The notes below the pieces were generated by a model that was not told the origin of the DNA, ran no database searches, and worked only from the letters and a program-made list of their open reading frames with translations. Shown here one piece after another: positions 30,391 through 40,571 of a stretch of DNA of 64,000 nucleotides. Every line of letters starts with the position of its first letter. Position 1 is the stretch's first letter. Source of the stretch: a virus; the IMG/VR virus record IMGVR_UViG_3300035670_012166, positions 5,915 through 69,914 of that record; one strand, written 5' to 3'. A program made the position numbers and the translations under genes.

Positions 30391-32502
30391 TTACCTTCTA
30401 TTCAAATTAACCATTTTTGCTCTAGGTAATCTCACAGCAATTTTAGATGTTAAACATTCATATGAAACAGCAGCAACAGCATCACAAATATCATCTTTGT
30501 AGCCAGACAAAGCTTCGATATAATATCTTTTGCCTTTCCATTTTTTTTGCAAGAATAAAAACTGAATTTTAGCTTCTTGTATTTCATTTAATGGTTGCAA
30601 GGTATTGTTCAAGTCATAGTAAGATCCACCTGAAAGATCATAAATATCTATCCTGTCATCTCTTATCAATTGAGCAAGTTCTGTGTAAATTTTTTCTTTA
30701 TATTCTTTGTTGAATTGTCTTTCAACAATTGGAATCCTCATAGATTGCAATTTAATTAAAGAGGATTGTGAATTCCATTGATCAATACTTACTTGTTTGA
30801 ATTTAAATCTCTGATGAAGATCAATTACATAATCTTCGATATCTTTTTCTTGAACTGGTTGATTTTTAGTTTTTGGATTCCAAAAATGAATGTGATCAAT
30901 TACCACTCTTTTCAATGGTTTAAAGTCAGGGCCAATTTCACCATACATATTTTCTGTATGAGCTATAACAAGAGCGTAATAATCAGAAGTTCTTGCTGGA
31001 TCTAAATGGCAGAAATATTCAAAATGACCATCAGCAAATTCTTTTCTTTTTACCATAGACATTGATGTAAACATTCTCTCAATGTCTTCTGCAGAGAAGA
31101 TAGGATCTGAAGAAGAAGCACCAAATTCAGCTCCATATTGCATTTGAAATTCTTGAGGGTCTTTTTTCTTTTGTCCATCAAGCCAATCTTTATCAATATT
31201 AGGATTTGTAAGCCAAGTGGGAAGTCTCATAACAAGAGTGGTAGGATCTTCTTGTCTGTTTTCATGCAAATCATAAAGTAATCCAATAGGTCCTTTAGGG
31301 TTGGAAAGCATCATCATCTTTCCATCTTTACCAAATGTTGCAAGAGATGGTTTTAATTCATCATATAAGGCATAATCCACACCACTATCTGGATTATCAC
31401 CAGCCATAGCAGCTACCTCGTCCATAATTATTGACCAACAAGTTAAACCAACAAGGCCAGACGCATTACTAGAACCACACCTTAATACTAAAGATCCAGC
31501 AAATAAATTAATACCTTGATCAGATCTTCTTACATTTTCTTCTCTATCGTGTTCTGTGTAAAACCTCATTTCAAGTTCTGTATCTTTGCCAATATAAGGA
31601 GCAAAAAATGGAGAGGCTAAAACTGTTTGCTTGATTTTAGAGAAGATTGCCTTTTTAGCCTGTTCTTCATTACGAGCAACATTCAATAGAACAATCTCAT
31701 CGAATTCCATCAAGCCATATCTTGCTTGAGGATGACCCATAGAAATTAATCTGTAAAGTTCATATAGAGCCATAGCAGAAACAAGAAATGATTTTCCAGA
31801 ACGTCTACCTAGTACTAAAACAAGTTCTTCAAACTTAAATCTTTGCTTTGATTTTTGTTCTACTTGCATTCTGAGTTTAGGATCAAACTCTTCAGAATAA
31901 AGTAAATCATTTTCTGATTGATATCCATCAATTATAGGTCTAGCTTCTAAATTTTCTACTTGTCTTTCAGCATCAGGGTTAGTAGCTTCTTGTCTTGCAT
32001 ATTCATATCTAGCTTTTCTTACATCATTGTTAAGTCTAGAACATTGCAAACAAGGAGAATTAACTACATTGAAAATTGTTTTGAAATTTCTCTCTTCTTT
32101 TCTAGCTTTCAAAAAATCATTTTCATTTTTTTGAATATAGTTCCAAACACAACCTTGGCAATCAACTTCATTTTCTGTATTGTCAATTACAAGATTGGTA
32201 TTTCCTTCTTGTCCCATATAAAAACATTTTAAGATAAGTTTTTGCCAAGGATAAGGCTTAAGATTACAGAAAAAAGGGTGTTCAATAAAAGTGATAATAT
32301 CTACAATTTGATCAGGATTAAATCTATCTTTTGGTGGTTTTACAGGTGGAGCAACTTCTTGTCTAGTGGCAGGAGCAATTTCTTCATCAAAATCTCTGGC
32401 GTAAATTGTATCCTTGAAAAGCTCTTTTACTGAGTTTGCTTGTTGTAGTAATTGACTTTTTAACTCATTTGAACTTTTATTGACTTGAACTGGTTTTCTC
32501 AT
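30391..32502 (-). CDS. Terminase large subunit
   Basis: PYPWQ, Walker A GRRSGKS, Walker B IIMDE, LSNP, RNase H-like HLDPA...DDICDA. Confidence 0.9.
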   Translation of the reverse strand: MRKPVQVNKSSNELKSQLLQQANSVKELFKDTIYARDFDEEIAPATRQEVAPPVKPPKDRFNPDQIVDIITFIEHPFFCNLKPYPWQKLILKCFYMGQEGNTNLVIDNTENEVDCQGCVWNYIQKNENDFLKARKEERNFKTIFNVVNSPCLQCSRLNNDVRKARYEYARQEATNPDAERQVENLEARPIIDGYQSENDLLYSEEFDPKLRMQVEQKSKQRFKFEELVLVLGRRSGKSFLVSAMALYELYRLISMGHPQARYGLMEFDEIVLLNVARNEEQAKKAIFSKIKQTVLASPFFAPYIGKDTELEMRFYTEHDREENVRRSDQGINLFAGSLVLRCGSSNASGLVGLTCWSIIMDEVAAMAGDNPDSGVDYALYDELKPSLATFGKDGKMMMLSNPKGPIGLLYDLHENRQEDPTTLVMRLPTWLTNPNIDKDWLDGQKKKDPQEFQMQYGAEFGASSSDPIFSAEDIERMFTSMSMVKRKEFADGHFEYFCHLDPARTSDYYALVIAHTENMYGEIGPDFKPLKRVVIDHIHFWNPKTKNQPVQEKDIEDYVIDLHQRFKFKQVSIDQWNSQSSLIKLQSMRIPIVERQFNKEYKEKIYTELAQLIRDDRIDIYDLSGGSYYDLNNTLQPLNEIQEAKIQFLFLQKKWKGKRYYIEALSGYKDDICDAVAAVSYECLTSKIAVRLPRAKMVNLNRR

Positions 32503-33182
32503 TAGTTATCTTGTTGAATTTTGTTGCGAAGTATTACTATTTCATCTCTTATAATTTTTTTATCTGCTTCACTTACCATTTTTTCGTGTAAGTTAGCTAA
32601 AATTTCAAATATATTTAAATTAAAAATGCCTTGGTTGTCTCTTGAATCTTTGACTGCTAATATTTTGGTAATCAATTTTTCAACCATAGCAGCTCTTCTT
32701 AATTTCATATCAGAGTTTTTAGAACAATCAATTCCTCTCACATCATCTAATTCAACAAGCAATGCAGTAAGAGCAAGATGATGTTCTCTAAAAATCCAAG
32801 GAGCAATTAATTCTTCTCTCTGTTCATAGTTCTTAAGTCCAGATGTTGAAATTTTCTTAAGATCACAATGTTGTTCCATATGAGTGTTAATTTGCATCCA
32901 GTTAAGTTGTGCATCAAAATACTCGTGGAAGAATCTAATTACAGCTTGATTTTTTCTACCTGATTCAAGATATACGTGTTCTAATAAATCACGAAAAGGA
33001 GAAATACATAGGGAACATCTTGGTTCGATAAATTGAGGATAAGAAATATCACTCATATTATCAGGAGGAAGAGGCTTTAATGGCTTGTCTGTTTCTTTTA
33101 AATCTCTAAAATATCTTGATGGTTTTGTAGGACCTTCATTAGGAACAATTAGAGCATCAACAGTTTCTTTTTTGTCATCCAT
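32502..33182 (-). CDS. Putative terminase small subunit or Zn-binding protein
   Basis: Coupled to TerL (1-nt overlap); CxxC...H..QHC; helical C-terminus. Confidence 0.4.
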   Translation of the reverse strand: MDDKKETVDALIVPNEGPTKPSRYFRDLKETDKPLKPLPPDNMSDISYPQFIEPRCSLCISPFRDLLEHVYLESGRKNQAVIRFFHEYFDAQLNWMQINTHMEQHCDLKKISTSGLKNYEQREELIAPWIFREHHLALTALLVELDDVRGIDCSKNSDMKLRRAAMVEKLITKILAVKDSRDNQGIFNLNIFEILANLHEKMVSEADKKIIRDEIVILRNKIQQDN

Positions 33183-33200
33183 TTTTATAGTTATACAAAA

Positions 33201-33232
33201 TAAACAAGCCGCATATTATTGCGGCTTGTTTA
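33201..33232 (-). terminator. Terminator
   Basis: TAAACAAGCCGCA/TGCGGCTTGTTTA. Confidence 0.75.
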
Positions 33233-33248
33233 TTATAAAATAGAATAA

Positions 33249-33962
33249 TTAGTCAGTCAAAGCTCTTTTAAGTCTCTGATAAGGAGAAACTGTATCAGCT
33301 GCTTTTACTAAATATTCGTCAGCAAGACCAAAGTCTGCATAATTTCCTTGAATATATTTTTCACTATCAGAAGAAGCTGATGATAAATCTACTACAGCAC
33401 TTCCTCTTTTCATAGATACAACATATTTATTTTTTGAAGCTGTTTTAATTTCTGCAGTTTGTGCTTCAGCAATCAATACATTATTAAGTAAAGTTTCTTC
33501 AATAAATGGCTTTAAAGCTACGTGAAGATTATCCATACCTACTCTTGAAGATTTTGCAAGTTCAGCCCATCTTTGCCATTGGGACAAGCCTTTTTCATCT
33601 GTCTTGATTACAGAATGAGGTCCTGTACATAATCTCTTCACAAATTCTTTAGAAGATAATTTTGTCAATGTTTTTTCAATGATAGGAGCACAATCAGAAT
33701 ATCTTGTTGGAACCACTGCTACTTCAACTGCGGTATTTTCAACAGAACTTTCAACACTGTCAAATAATTTAGAAGCCACTCTGTTAGCAATTTCTAAATC
33801 AAAATTATCAGCTGCGAGTAATTCTACAACTTCAGATTTATCGAAACCTTGATTTTTATATTTTGTAGCTTGACTTTGAGCAACAACGACGACACCATCA
33901 TTATGTGATTTCAACTCGTTGCGCCAGTTGTAAATCATGTCATTTGTGTTATTTTCAGACAA
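33249..33962 (-). CDS. Hypothetical protein (possibly virion)
   Basis: 237 aa, TTG start with purine-rich RBS; RVAS and KTAS motifs. Confidence 0.55.
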   Translation of the reverse strand: MSENNTNDMIYNWRNELKSHNDGVVVVAQSQATKYKNQGFDKSEVVELLAADNFDLEIANRVASKLFDSVESSVENTAVEVAVVPTRYSDCAPIIEKTLTKLSSKEFVKRLCTGPHSVIKTDEKGLSQWQRWAELAKSSRVGMDNLHVALKPFIEETLLNNVLIAEAQTAEIKTASKNKYVVSMKRGSAVVDLSSASSDSEKYIQGNYADFGLADEYLVKAADTVSPYQRLKRALTD

Positions 33963-34022
33963 TTTCTCTTCTCCCCTTAGATTTTTTTGATCCCTACTAA
34001 CGAAAGGGCTTAATTAAATAAT

Positions 34023-34060
34023 AAAACTCCCAGACACACTTATAATGTCTTAGGAGTTTT
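34023..34060 (-). terminator. Terminator after the sigma factor gene
   Basis: AAAACTCC..AGACA/TGTCT..GGAGTTTT. Confidence 0.55.
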
Positions 34061-34107
34061 TGTGGAACATATAAATATAATACAAAAAACTTTAAAATAT
34101 ATTCCTA

Positions 34108-34671
34108 CTAAAATAAGAAGTCATCACCAAGATGTTTTTTTAACTTTTCAAGAGCTTTAGATAATCTTTTACTTAGAGCTCCTTGTGTAATATTTAATAT
34201 TTTTGCAGCTTCTTTTTGATCTATTCCATCAAAAAAATACATTTGAATTATTTGTTTATGATTATCATCTAATTGATTTATTGCATCGTGTAAACATATA
34301 ACATTTTCAATTTTATTAAATGGATCGTAGCTTTGCTCAGTAAATTTTATTTCTTCAGAATATTCTTCTTTATTCGAATATTTATCACTTACTAATCTAA
34401 ATAAAGTGATGTCTATTCTTGTTGATAAAAAATAAGAAAAATATGAGAGTTTAGGATCATATTGGTCAATTAATTTCTTGAGTGCAAAGATGCAGTCTGA
34501 TAATAGATCTTCTTTATGAGATGCAAAAGATAAATCTTTCGCCACAATTCTTTTTATTGATGATAAAAAAAGTGGCTTATAAAACTCATATAAATCAAAC
34601 AAAGCCTCTTCGTTACCAGCTTTATATTTGTGTATTAATTTGTCAATTTCTTGATATTGATCTGAAGACAT
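34108..34671 (-). CDS. Sigma-70 family RNA polymerase sigma factor (regions 2 and 4)
   Basis: YKAGNEEALFDL...DLL.....L...YDP..FSYF; LDDNHKQII.MYFFDG..QKEAAKIL.ITQGALSKRL. Confidence 0.8.
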   Translation of the reverse strand: MSSDQYQEIDKLIHKYKAGNEEALFDLYEFYKPLFLSSIKRIVAKDLSFASHKEDLLSDCIFALKKLIDQYDPKLSYFSYFLSTRIDITLFRLVSDKYSNKEEYSEEIKFTEQSYDPFNKIENVICLHDAINQLDDNHKQIIQMYFFDGIDQKEAAKILNITQGALSKRLSKALEKLKKHLGDDFLF

Positions 34672-34678
34672 ACTCTAG

Positions 34679-35677
34679 TTATACAAAGCGAGTTTTACTT
34701 ATCAATAGAGGAATACTCGTAGATGCATTTCCAGATGTTCTCAGATCTACAATTGTATCAACAACATTTTTTATAATTGTTAAGATTTGCTTTGAACTCA
34801 TTGCATTTGGTTTTGAAAGTTCGATTTTTATTCTAACTGGATTTTGATTTTTTATTGTATATTCAGGAACAATGTAATCTTCATTTAAATATTTACCCAA
34901 CAGATCTTTACATTCAACAATTTCTTGAACTTTATCTGGTTGAATAATGTTTTTCTCTTTGCAATCATATAGTACAAACAGGAATTGCAATTGAGAAAGT
35001 AATACTAATAAAAATCCTTGTTCACCCATAGAATTTATTAATATATTTATTTTTTCCAAGCAATATTCTAAATTGCGCTCTAAAAGATTATTGATAAAAG
35101 TGAATATATCAACTTCTTCATTAAATACTGAATCTTGTAAATCACTAACAAAGATTTTATCCCTATAAGATAAAATCTTTTCTAATTCCTTGAACAGTAA
35201 ATCAATGTCATAACAAATAATTTCTTTTTTACTATTTGCTTGTTTACTTTTAATTCTATAAAGTGGGCAAATATTTATAAGAAAATTAATTGCTTGAGAA
35301 TCTATGTTGCTATTATGCAAAAAGAGAAAGTTATTAACTAGCCTTCTCAATTTGTTATCATCTCCAAGCAAAGGATAGCTGCAGTCAAATATCAAATCAT
35401 TCTTTTTAGCTTTAGAAACTAAAGAGAGTCTTCCATCAAAACTATCATCTTCAAAAAGCAAGATGTGTTTTGTTTCTTTAGACTTTTCAGATATAAATTT
35501 GATGTTTTCGTTTGATATATTGGTGTGAATGTAAATATTTTTATTATCAAAGAAAACAGAATAATTATTGATGATTTTTTCAACATTATTATCTAAGACA
35601 AGAATTTTATCTGGAAATTCTTGTCTTATTTTTTCCATAGCTAAAGTGAAAGAACCAAAGTATATTCTTGGAAACAT
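34679..35677 (-). CDS. holA: DNA polymerase III delta-like clamp-loader subunit (start likely ATG 35677)
   Basis: Degenerate AAA+ organisation (I...A..FL...C...L..ELEKILSY; VDIFTFIN.LL...L); adjacent to the beta clamp. Confidence 0.55.
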   Translation of the reverse strand: MFPRIYFGSFTLAMEKIRQEFPDKILVLDNNVEKIINNYSVFFDNKNIYIHTNISNENIKFISEKSKETKHILLFEDDSFDGRLSLVSKAKKNDLIFDCSYPLLGDDNKLRRLVNNFLFLHNSNIDSQAINFLINICPLYRIKSKQANSKKEIICYDIDLLFKELEKILSYRDKIFVSDLQDSVFNEEVDIFTFINNLLERNLEYCLEKINILINSMGEQGFLLVLLSQLQFLFVLYDCKEKNIIQPDKVQEIVECKDLLGKYLNEDYIVPEYTIKNQNPVRIKIELSKPNAMSSKQILTIIKNVVDTIVDLRTSGNASTSIPLLISKTRFV

Positions 35678-35679
35678 AA

Positions 35680-36723
35680 TTAAACCGTAGGAAAGATTAA
35701 GTGGTTGAAACTTGAATCTTGAACTATACAAATTGTGAAGCTATTGTATAGGAAAAAATTCAAAGTAACAACATCACTAGAAATCAATTCTAGAGCTTTT
35801 AGAAAATGACTTATCACATAAGATGATTCTATTTCTGGAACACTTTCACTTAAGTCAATTCTATCAGCCACAATACCTTTATCATTGTTTGAAGCAGACA
35901 AAACATACACTGTGTCTTGAGTGGTTATATTAAAAAAATGTGAGCTTGTTGTTCCACTAATATATTTTAAGGATTTTATAAATTCATTTTTATTAATTTC
36001 AAATCCACCAATAAGTTCAATTTCTTTGAAGAATGTTTTGAAATTATTAAACACGCTTTGAAATGTATTCTTTTCCAAATTGGTGCAGAAAAAATCTTCC
36101 TCTGATTTTAGGATTAATTTATTCTTGTGAATTGTGAAAATAGTATGGTCATTTAAGAAATTCAAAGAAAGTTCTGCTTGTAATTTGGTGATTAAATAGG
36201 AAGTTTGATCTTTGTAATTTTTGCCATACACACTAATCCTATGCTTGTCTGAAGATTGAGCATTAAATTTATCATTTTCAATAAAGAACATAATTGAAGA
36301 ATATGGATGTTCTTCAAAATCAGGAGCACAAGAAAATGAAGTGTATTTGATAGCTTTTAGATAAGATGATTTATCCCAGTGATTGTATTCAACTTCTTCA
36401 TTTGTGAAAAATTCTTTGGATACTTTTTGTGAAATATTATCAGTGGCAAAAGTTTTTAAAGAAACACGAGTTTTCTTATTACCAAAGATTAATTGATTAT
36501 TCTCTTGATCAAATACCAATTGAACTTCATCAGATGGAAAATTAGAAAAAGCATTGATGAAATTACTTCCATCTATGGCAAAATCAATAAAGTCATTAGA
36601 AATATTACAAAGAAATATTTTAGCTGAAGATATGCCATTAGAGCTGAAAAGAAATAATTTTTCATTTTCAGCGTAAAAAACAAGACTATCATCGTTGATA
36701 ATCTTGTTCTCACGAGTTGTCAT
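35680..36723 (-). CDS. dnaN: DNA polymerase III beta sliding clamp (start refined to ATG 36723)
   Basis: About 347 aa with three-domain size; F..A......Y......SSDKHRIS, equivalent to ATDGHRLA; C-terminal LIFP. Confidence 0.7.
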   Translation of the reverse strand: MTTRENKIINDDSLVFYAENEKLFLFSSNGISSAKIFLCNISNDFIDFAIDGSNFINAFSNFPSDEVQLVFDQENNQLIFGNKKTRVSLKTFATDNISQKVSKEFFTNEEVEYNHWDKSSYLKAIKYTSFSCAPDFEEHPYSSIMFFIENDKFNAQSSDKHRISVYGKNYKDQTSYLITKLQAELSLNFLNDHTIFTIHKNKLILKSEEDFFCTNLEKNTFQSVFNNFKTFFKEIELIGGFEINKNEFIKSLKYISGTTSSHFFNITTQDTVYVLSASNNDKGIVADRIDLSESVPEIESSYVISHFLKALELISSDVVTLNFFLYNSFTICIVQDSSFNHLIFPTV

Positions 36724-36791
36724 TTTCAGCTTTTCAATCTTTCCTAACAATTGAAATTTATGAAGATGATCGGATTTATTTAACTTAAATT

Positions 36792-37787
36792 TCAATGTAG
36801 TTGCCCTTGGAATTGGATATGTACACCAGGGAGTACCATTCCAACTTCTTTCCAAATATTAGAAACAAATGTATCTTCATTTGCACAAGAAATCAACATA
36901 TTGTTTTCATAATAATTCCAAGCACTGTCAACTTGTCGAAGAACATCCATTTTGTTGACAATAAGCTTTGTGACACCATTCATTTGACAAGCAGTAATCA
37001 CTTCATTAAGATTTAACCAGTCGATTTGTCTTGGTCGCCCTGTTGTTGCACCATACTCTTGACCAATTTCTCTGAGTTGCTCAAATCGCTCGTCATCTTT
37101 TTGGTATCCTTTAGCTCCAACATAGGTAGAATAACACTTGATGACCCCGACAACATCCCGTACTTGCATAAAATTGAAACCATTATTTAATACTGCTCCT
37201 ACACCAGTGTTTGAAGAAGTGACATAAGGATAATCACCAAAGTCAACATCAAGCCAATATCCTTGAGCACCTTCAGCTAAAAACTTCTTCGGTTCTGAAT
37301 GAATTAGATCGTGCATATTGACAAGATAGGGTGCTAACTCAGGTACATCTTTGGCACGAATTCCTGTACGGGCCACTTTGTCTCTATAACAAGGGCCATT
37401 ACCAGTGCGAGTTGTTCCAATAGTTGTATCTTTGGAATCTTCGTCAATATGTTCTTTGGTAATTATATGGGCGTTTTCTGCAATCTTTAGAATCGATGTG
37501 TCAAATCCAAATCCTTCAAGATACTCAAGTTCGTCAAATAATTTTTGCGTATTGATAACACAACCATTACCGATGACACTAGGAACACCATGCAGAATGC
37601 CGCAAGGAACAAGGTGTGTAACAATTTTCTCTCCATTGAGGTAAATTGTATGACCAGCATTTCCTCCACCATTAAAGCGGAAGACATAATCATAATTACC
37701 AGTACTTACCATTTGATTGGCAATTTTTCCTTTGCCTTCATCTCCATACTGCATACCAATAACTACATCAACAATTGAAGTTTCCAT
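36792..37787 (-). CDS. purA: Adenylosuccinate synthetase, short form
   Basis: GMQYGDEGKGK, GGGNAGHT, IGTTRTGNGP, EGAQG, YPYVTSS, EYGATTGRPR. Confidence 0.9.
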   Translation of the reverse strand: METSIVDVVIGMQYGDEGKGKIANQMVSTGNYDYVFRFNGGGNAGHTIYLNGEKIVTHLVPCGILHGVPSVIGNGCVINTQKLFDELEYLEGFGFDTSILKIAENAHIITKEHIDEDSKDTTIGTTRTGNGPCYRDKVARTGIRAKDVPELAPYLVNMHDLIHSEPKKFLAEGAQGYWLDVDFGDYPYVTSSNTGVGAVLNNGFNFMQVRDVVGVIKCYSTYVGAKGYQKDDERFEQLREIGQEYGATTGRPRQIDWLNLNEVITACQMNGVTKLIVNKMDVLRQVDSAWNYYENNMLISCANEDTFVSNIWKEVGMVLPGVHIQFQGQLH

Positions 37788-37856
37788 ATAATAATCTTAC
37801 CAGTAGATGTCTCTCAAATCAAGGGTCAATAGGGATAAATGTAAAATATAAACTGT

Positions 37857-40571
37857 ATGTGGTACTCAAGAATTATCGAATCAGCAACAGCCTGGGATGT
37901 CCTTTCAACTAAAGAAGTTGCTTGGAGTGGCTCTTTTTCTAGAACTTTCAAAGATTTTTCGTTTTATGGCACAAACAATTTGCCTACTATGACAGCTATG
38001 CTTAAATTAATAGCTGAGATAGAAAAAGGTAAAAACAATGATTCTATAATTGATAAATATTTTGAAGAAGCAAAACAAAGTTCTAGTGTTTTAGCAGACA
38101 TTGTTTATTTTGCTGGTTGTTTATCAAAATTTATTGATGCTGAAATGAAAAAACAAGGTAGTTCTGCCAATACAGATATGATGAAAGTTCTTGATTTTTT
38201 AGGCAAATTAAATAGTTTTGCAAAATCTCAAGGACAAAAGGGAAATAAATTAGGAGACACGATTCCTGACCCTGAAAAGGCTAAAGCTTATGTTAATGCT
38301 ACTCTCGGCATAGGTTTTACTACACTTAATTTATTAGTCAGAAAAGGAACAGAAATCAGTAATTCTTTAGCTTTATTTATGCTCCGTGGTGATGACAAAG
38401 CATTATTAGGAGTACCTGATTCTGAACAAAGAGATTTATTACTTGAACAATTGAAAGAACAGAAGCCTGATTTAAGAAAATTTGAAAGCTACGATGCTGC
38501 AATTACAACAATTTGGAGTGGTGAAATAAAAAATCACATACCTTTGTTGAAAGATTTTCTTCTTTCAGGAATTGATCCGCCTCAAGTATTGCATATGATT
38601 ATTCAATTACTTAATCAACCAGATATTGAACAAAAAAATGTTGTCGATATGGTAATACCTTTACCCATAACAACTTTGATTGATGTACTTGATAATTTAG
38701 AGCAGCATTCCAAATATGATCCATTTTCTTCATATTTAGCAGAAAGATTATATGGTCAAATAAGTGATTATGAACTAGATACAAATCCTTTGCTTGTTGG
38801 AAAATTAAGAAGAAGTAAAAAATTTAAAGCATTTGTAGACTCCAAAGGCGATAATTGTGAGCCTTTATATATAATAAAGGGAATTGCAAAACCTGAAGTC
38901 ATAATTAGATATTTGGAAAAAAACCCAGAAGATTTTGATAAATTTGATATCAATCTCTTAAATAGTTTAGGCGATGAAATCAAAAATAAGATTATTGCTC
39001 GTGGAACTGCAGCAAAAGCAAAAATTCAATCTGATGGTTTAGCTTTGTTAGAAAAAGCTGCACAACAAAATATAATTTCAATCACAAAAGCAACAGATAC
39101 TTCTTTCAATTATGCATATGGAAAAGGTCCAAAAAACGATTTTAAACCAGAAAATATGTCTGAAAGTGAATGGAGACAAAAAAGCAAATCAGACGAAGTT
39201 TTTGAAAAATTTTATCAATCTTATGAAGATCGTATGAAGCAAGAGGCTCCTTTTGCTGGTGTCAGTGAAGAAGACATTAAAACATATGCTGATCAAATGG
39301 TCATCATAGAATTTGGTACTTACAACTTAAAAAGTTTTTTAGCAGAAAACAACGCACCAAAAATGAAAATTGGTCCTGTTGATATGCTTGATGAAAAATG
39401 GGGTGGGCTGTTTGTGCCTAGATTTCCAACAAAAGATAGAGGTCCAATTCCAGCCATATTGATCAAAACTGATATATGGAATCAACTTTCATATCACCAA
39501 GCGTTAGCACAGAACATTGGTATGAGTGATCAGCATTATGTTGAAGCTACAAGAAGACACGAAGTTGCTCACGCATTACAATATTTACAATCTGGTGATA
39601 TAACAATGCAAGATTCTATTGCATTAAATCCTGAATTAACACCAGAAGAAGCATATATTTCAAATCCATCAGAACTTTATGCAAGAATTCACGGAGATAT
39701 TCCTTATCTTGCTAAAATATTTGATGCTCATATTGGCAACTTGATGTCAGATAGAAAAATTTATCAAGCAGCCAAAGAACAATGGATTTTAGATATTCAA
39801 GATGAATTAATTCACTTGATGTCAGGTGGTACTAATGCGACCAGATTACTTGCTGATATGGAAGCTGGAAGATTTGGAACATTCACTACTGATTCTGGTC
39901 AAACAATAAAATTAACAGACCCACTTGAAGCAATTAACAAAAAATTACAGCGTCAAAGAAATAGACTTGAGATGATTTTTCACGAAACATTTCAAATTCA
40001 GGGCAGAAGAGATTTCAGAAGAGGCTTGATCAGTAAGAAAAATCAACTCCAACAACAAATACAATCTACCCCAATTTATTCTCCAGAAAGAACACATCTT
40101 GAAGAAGAATTGAAAGATGTTGAAATCAAATTGGTAGAATCAGGAAAAATGTTAATCTTTGATGTGAAAGATGTATCTGAAGCTGTAGTTGAAGGATATA
40201 TGTCTGATTACTATTCAAAGATTGCAGAAGCTGTAGCTAATGGCTTACTTACTACAGATATTGTCAATCCAGAGGGCGAAGATAGAAGATTGGAAAATGA
40301 GCAATTAAAAGAACAAGCTAAAAAGCAAGAACCTCCAACAGCTCAAGATATTAGACAACATTCTAGATTTCAAATTCAACAAACTGAACCAATTCCAAGT
40401 GGTAGAAAAATTGATGTCATTATTCCAAGATATAAGGGACCAGGAAGACCACCAGGCAATTTTCCAGGTTTTGATGATGCAGAACAAGATGAAACACAAG
40501 TTGATCTTTCTATAGAGAGAGATGAAGATAAAACTGCTAAGGTTTATAATTTGAGAAAAAGTTTAGGTTAA
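37857..40571 (+). CDS. Large MWY-leader protein with a zincin HExxH motif (putative virion cargo)
   Basis: MWYSRIIESA; RHEVAHALQ and downstream Y..NP.ELYAR. Confidence 0.55.
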   Translation: MWYSRIIESATAWDVLSTKEVAWSGSFSRTFKDFSFYGTNNLPTMTAMLKLIAEIEKGKNNDSIIDKYFEEAKQSSSVLADIVYFAGCLSKFIDAEMKKQGSSANTDMMKVLDFLGKLNSFAKSQGQKGNKLGDTIPDPEKAKAYVNATLGIGFTTLNLLVRKGTEISNSLALFMLRGDDKALLGVPDSEQRDLLLEQLKEQKPDLRKFESYDAAITTIWSGEIKNHIPLLKDFLLSGIDPPQVLHMIIQLLNQPDIEQKNVVDMVIPLPITTLIDVLDNLEQHSKYDPFSSYLAERLYGQISDYELDTNPLLVGKLRRSKKFKAFVDSKGDNCEPLYIIKGIAKPEVIIRYLEKNPEDFDKFDINLLNSLGDEIKNKIIARGTAAKAKIQSDGLALLEKAAQQNIISITKATDTSFNYAYGKGPKNDFKPENMSESEWRQKSKSDEVFEKFYQSYEDRMKQEAPFAGVSEEDIKTYADQMVIIEFGTYNLKSFLAENNAPKMKIGPVDMLDEKWGGLFVPRFPTKDRGPIPAILIKTDIWNQLSYHQALAQNIGMSDQHYVEATRRHEVAHALQYLQSGDITMQDSIALNPELTPEEAYISNPSELYARIHGDIPYLAKIFDAHIGNLMSDRKIYQAAKEQWILDIQDELIHLMSGGTNATRLLADMEAGRFGTFTTDSGQTIKLTDPLEAINKKLQRQRNRLEMIFHETFQIQGRRDFRRGLISKKNQLQQQIQSTPIYSPERTHLEEELKDVEIKLVESGKMLIFDVKDVSEAVVEGYMSDYYSKIAEAVANGLLTTDIVNPEGEDRRLENEQLKEQAKKQEPPTAQDIRQHSRFQIQQTEPIPSGRKIDVIIPRYKGPGRPPGNFPGFDDAEQDETQVDLSIERDEDKTAKVYNLRKSLG

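Noticed and set aside
36792-37787. PurZ / 2-aminoadenine (Z) genome
   Set aside because: The motif is GDEGKG with the catalytic Asp of PurA; PurZ has Ser (GSTGKG). No MazZ or DatZ recognised in the window.
37821-37846. AGG-N18-AGAA promoter upstream of 37857
   Set aside because: AAGGG and GTAAAA are present but spaced 16 nt rather than 18, so it is not counted as a motif instance.
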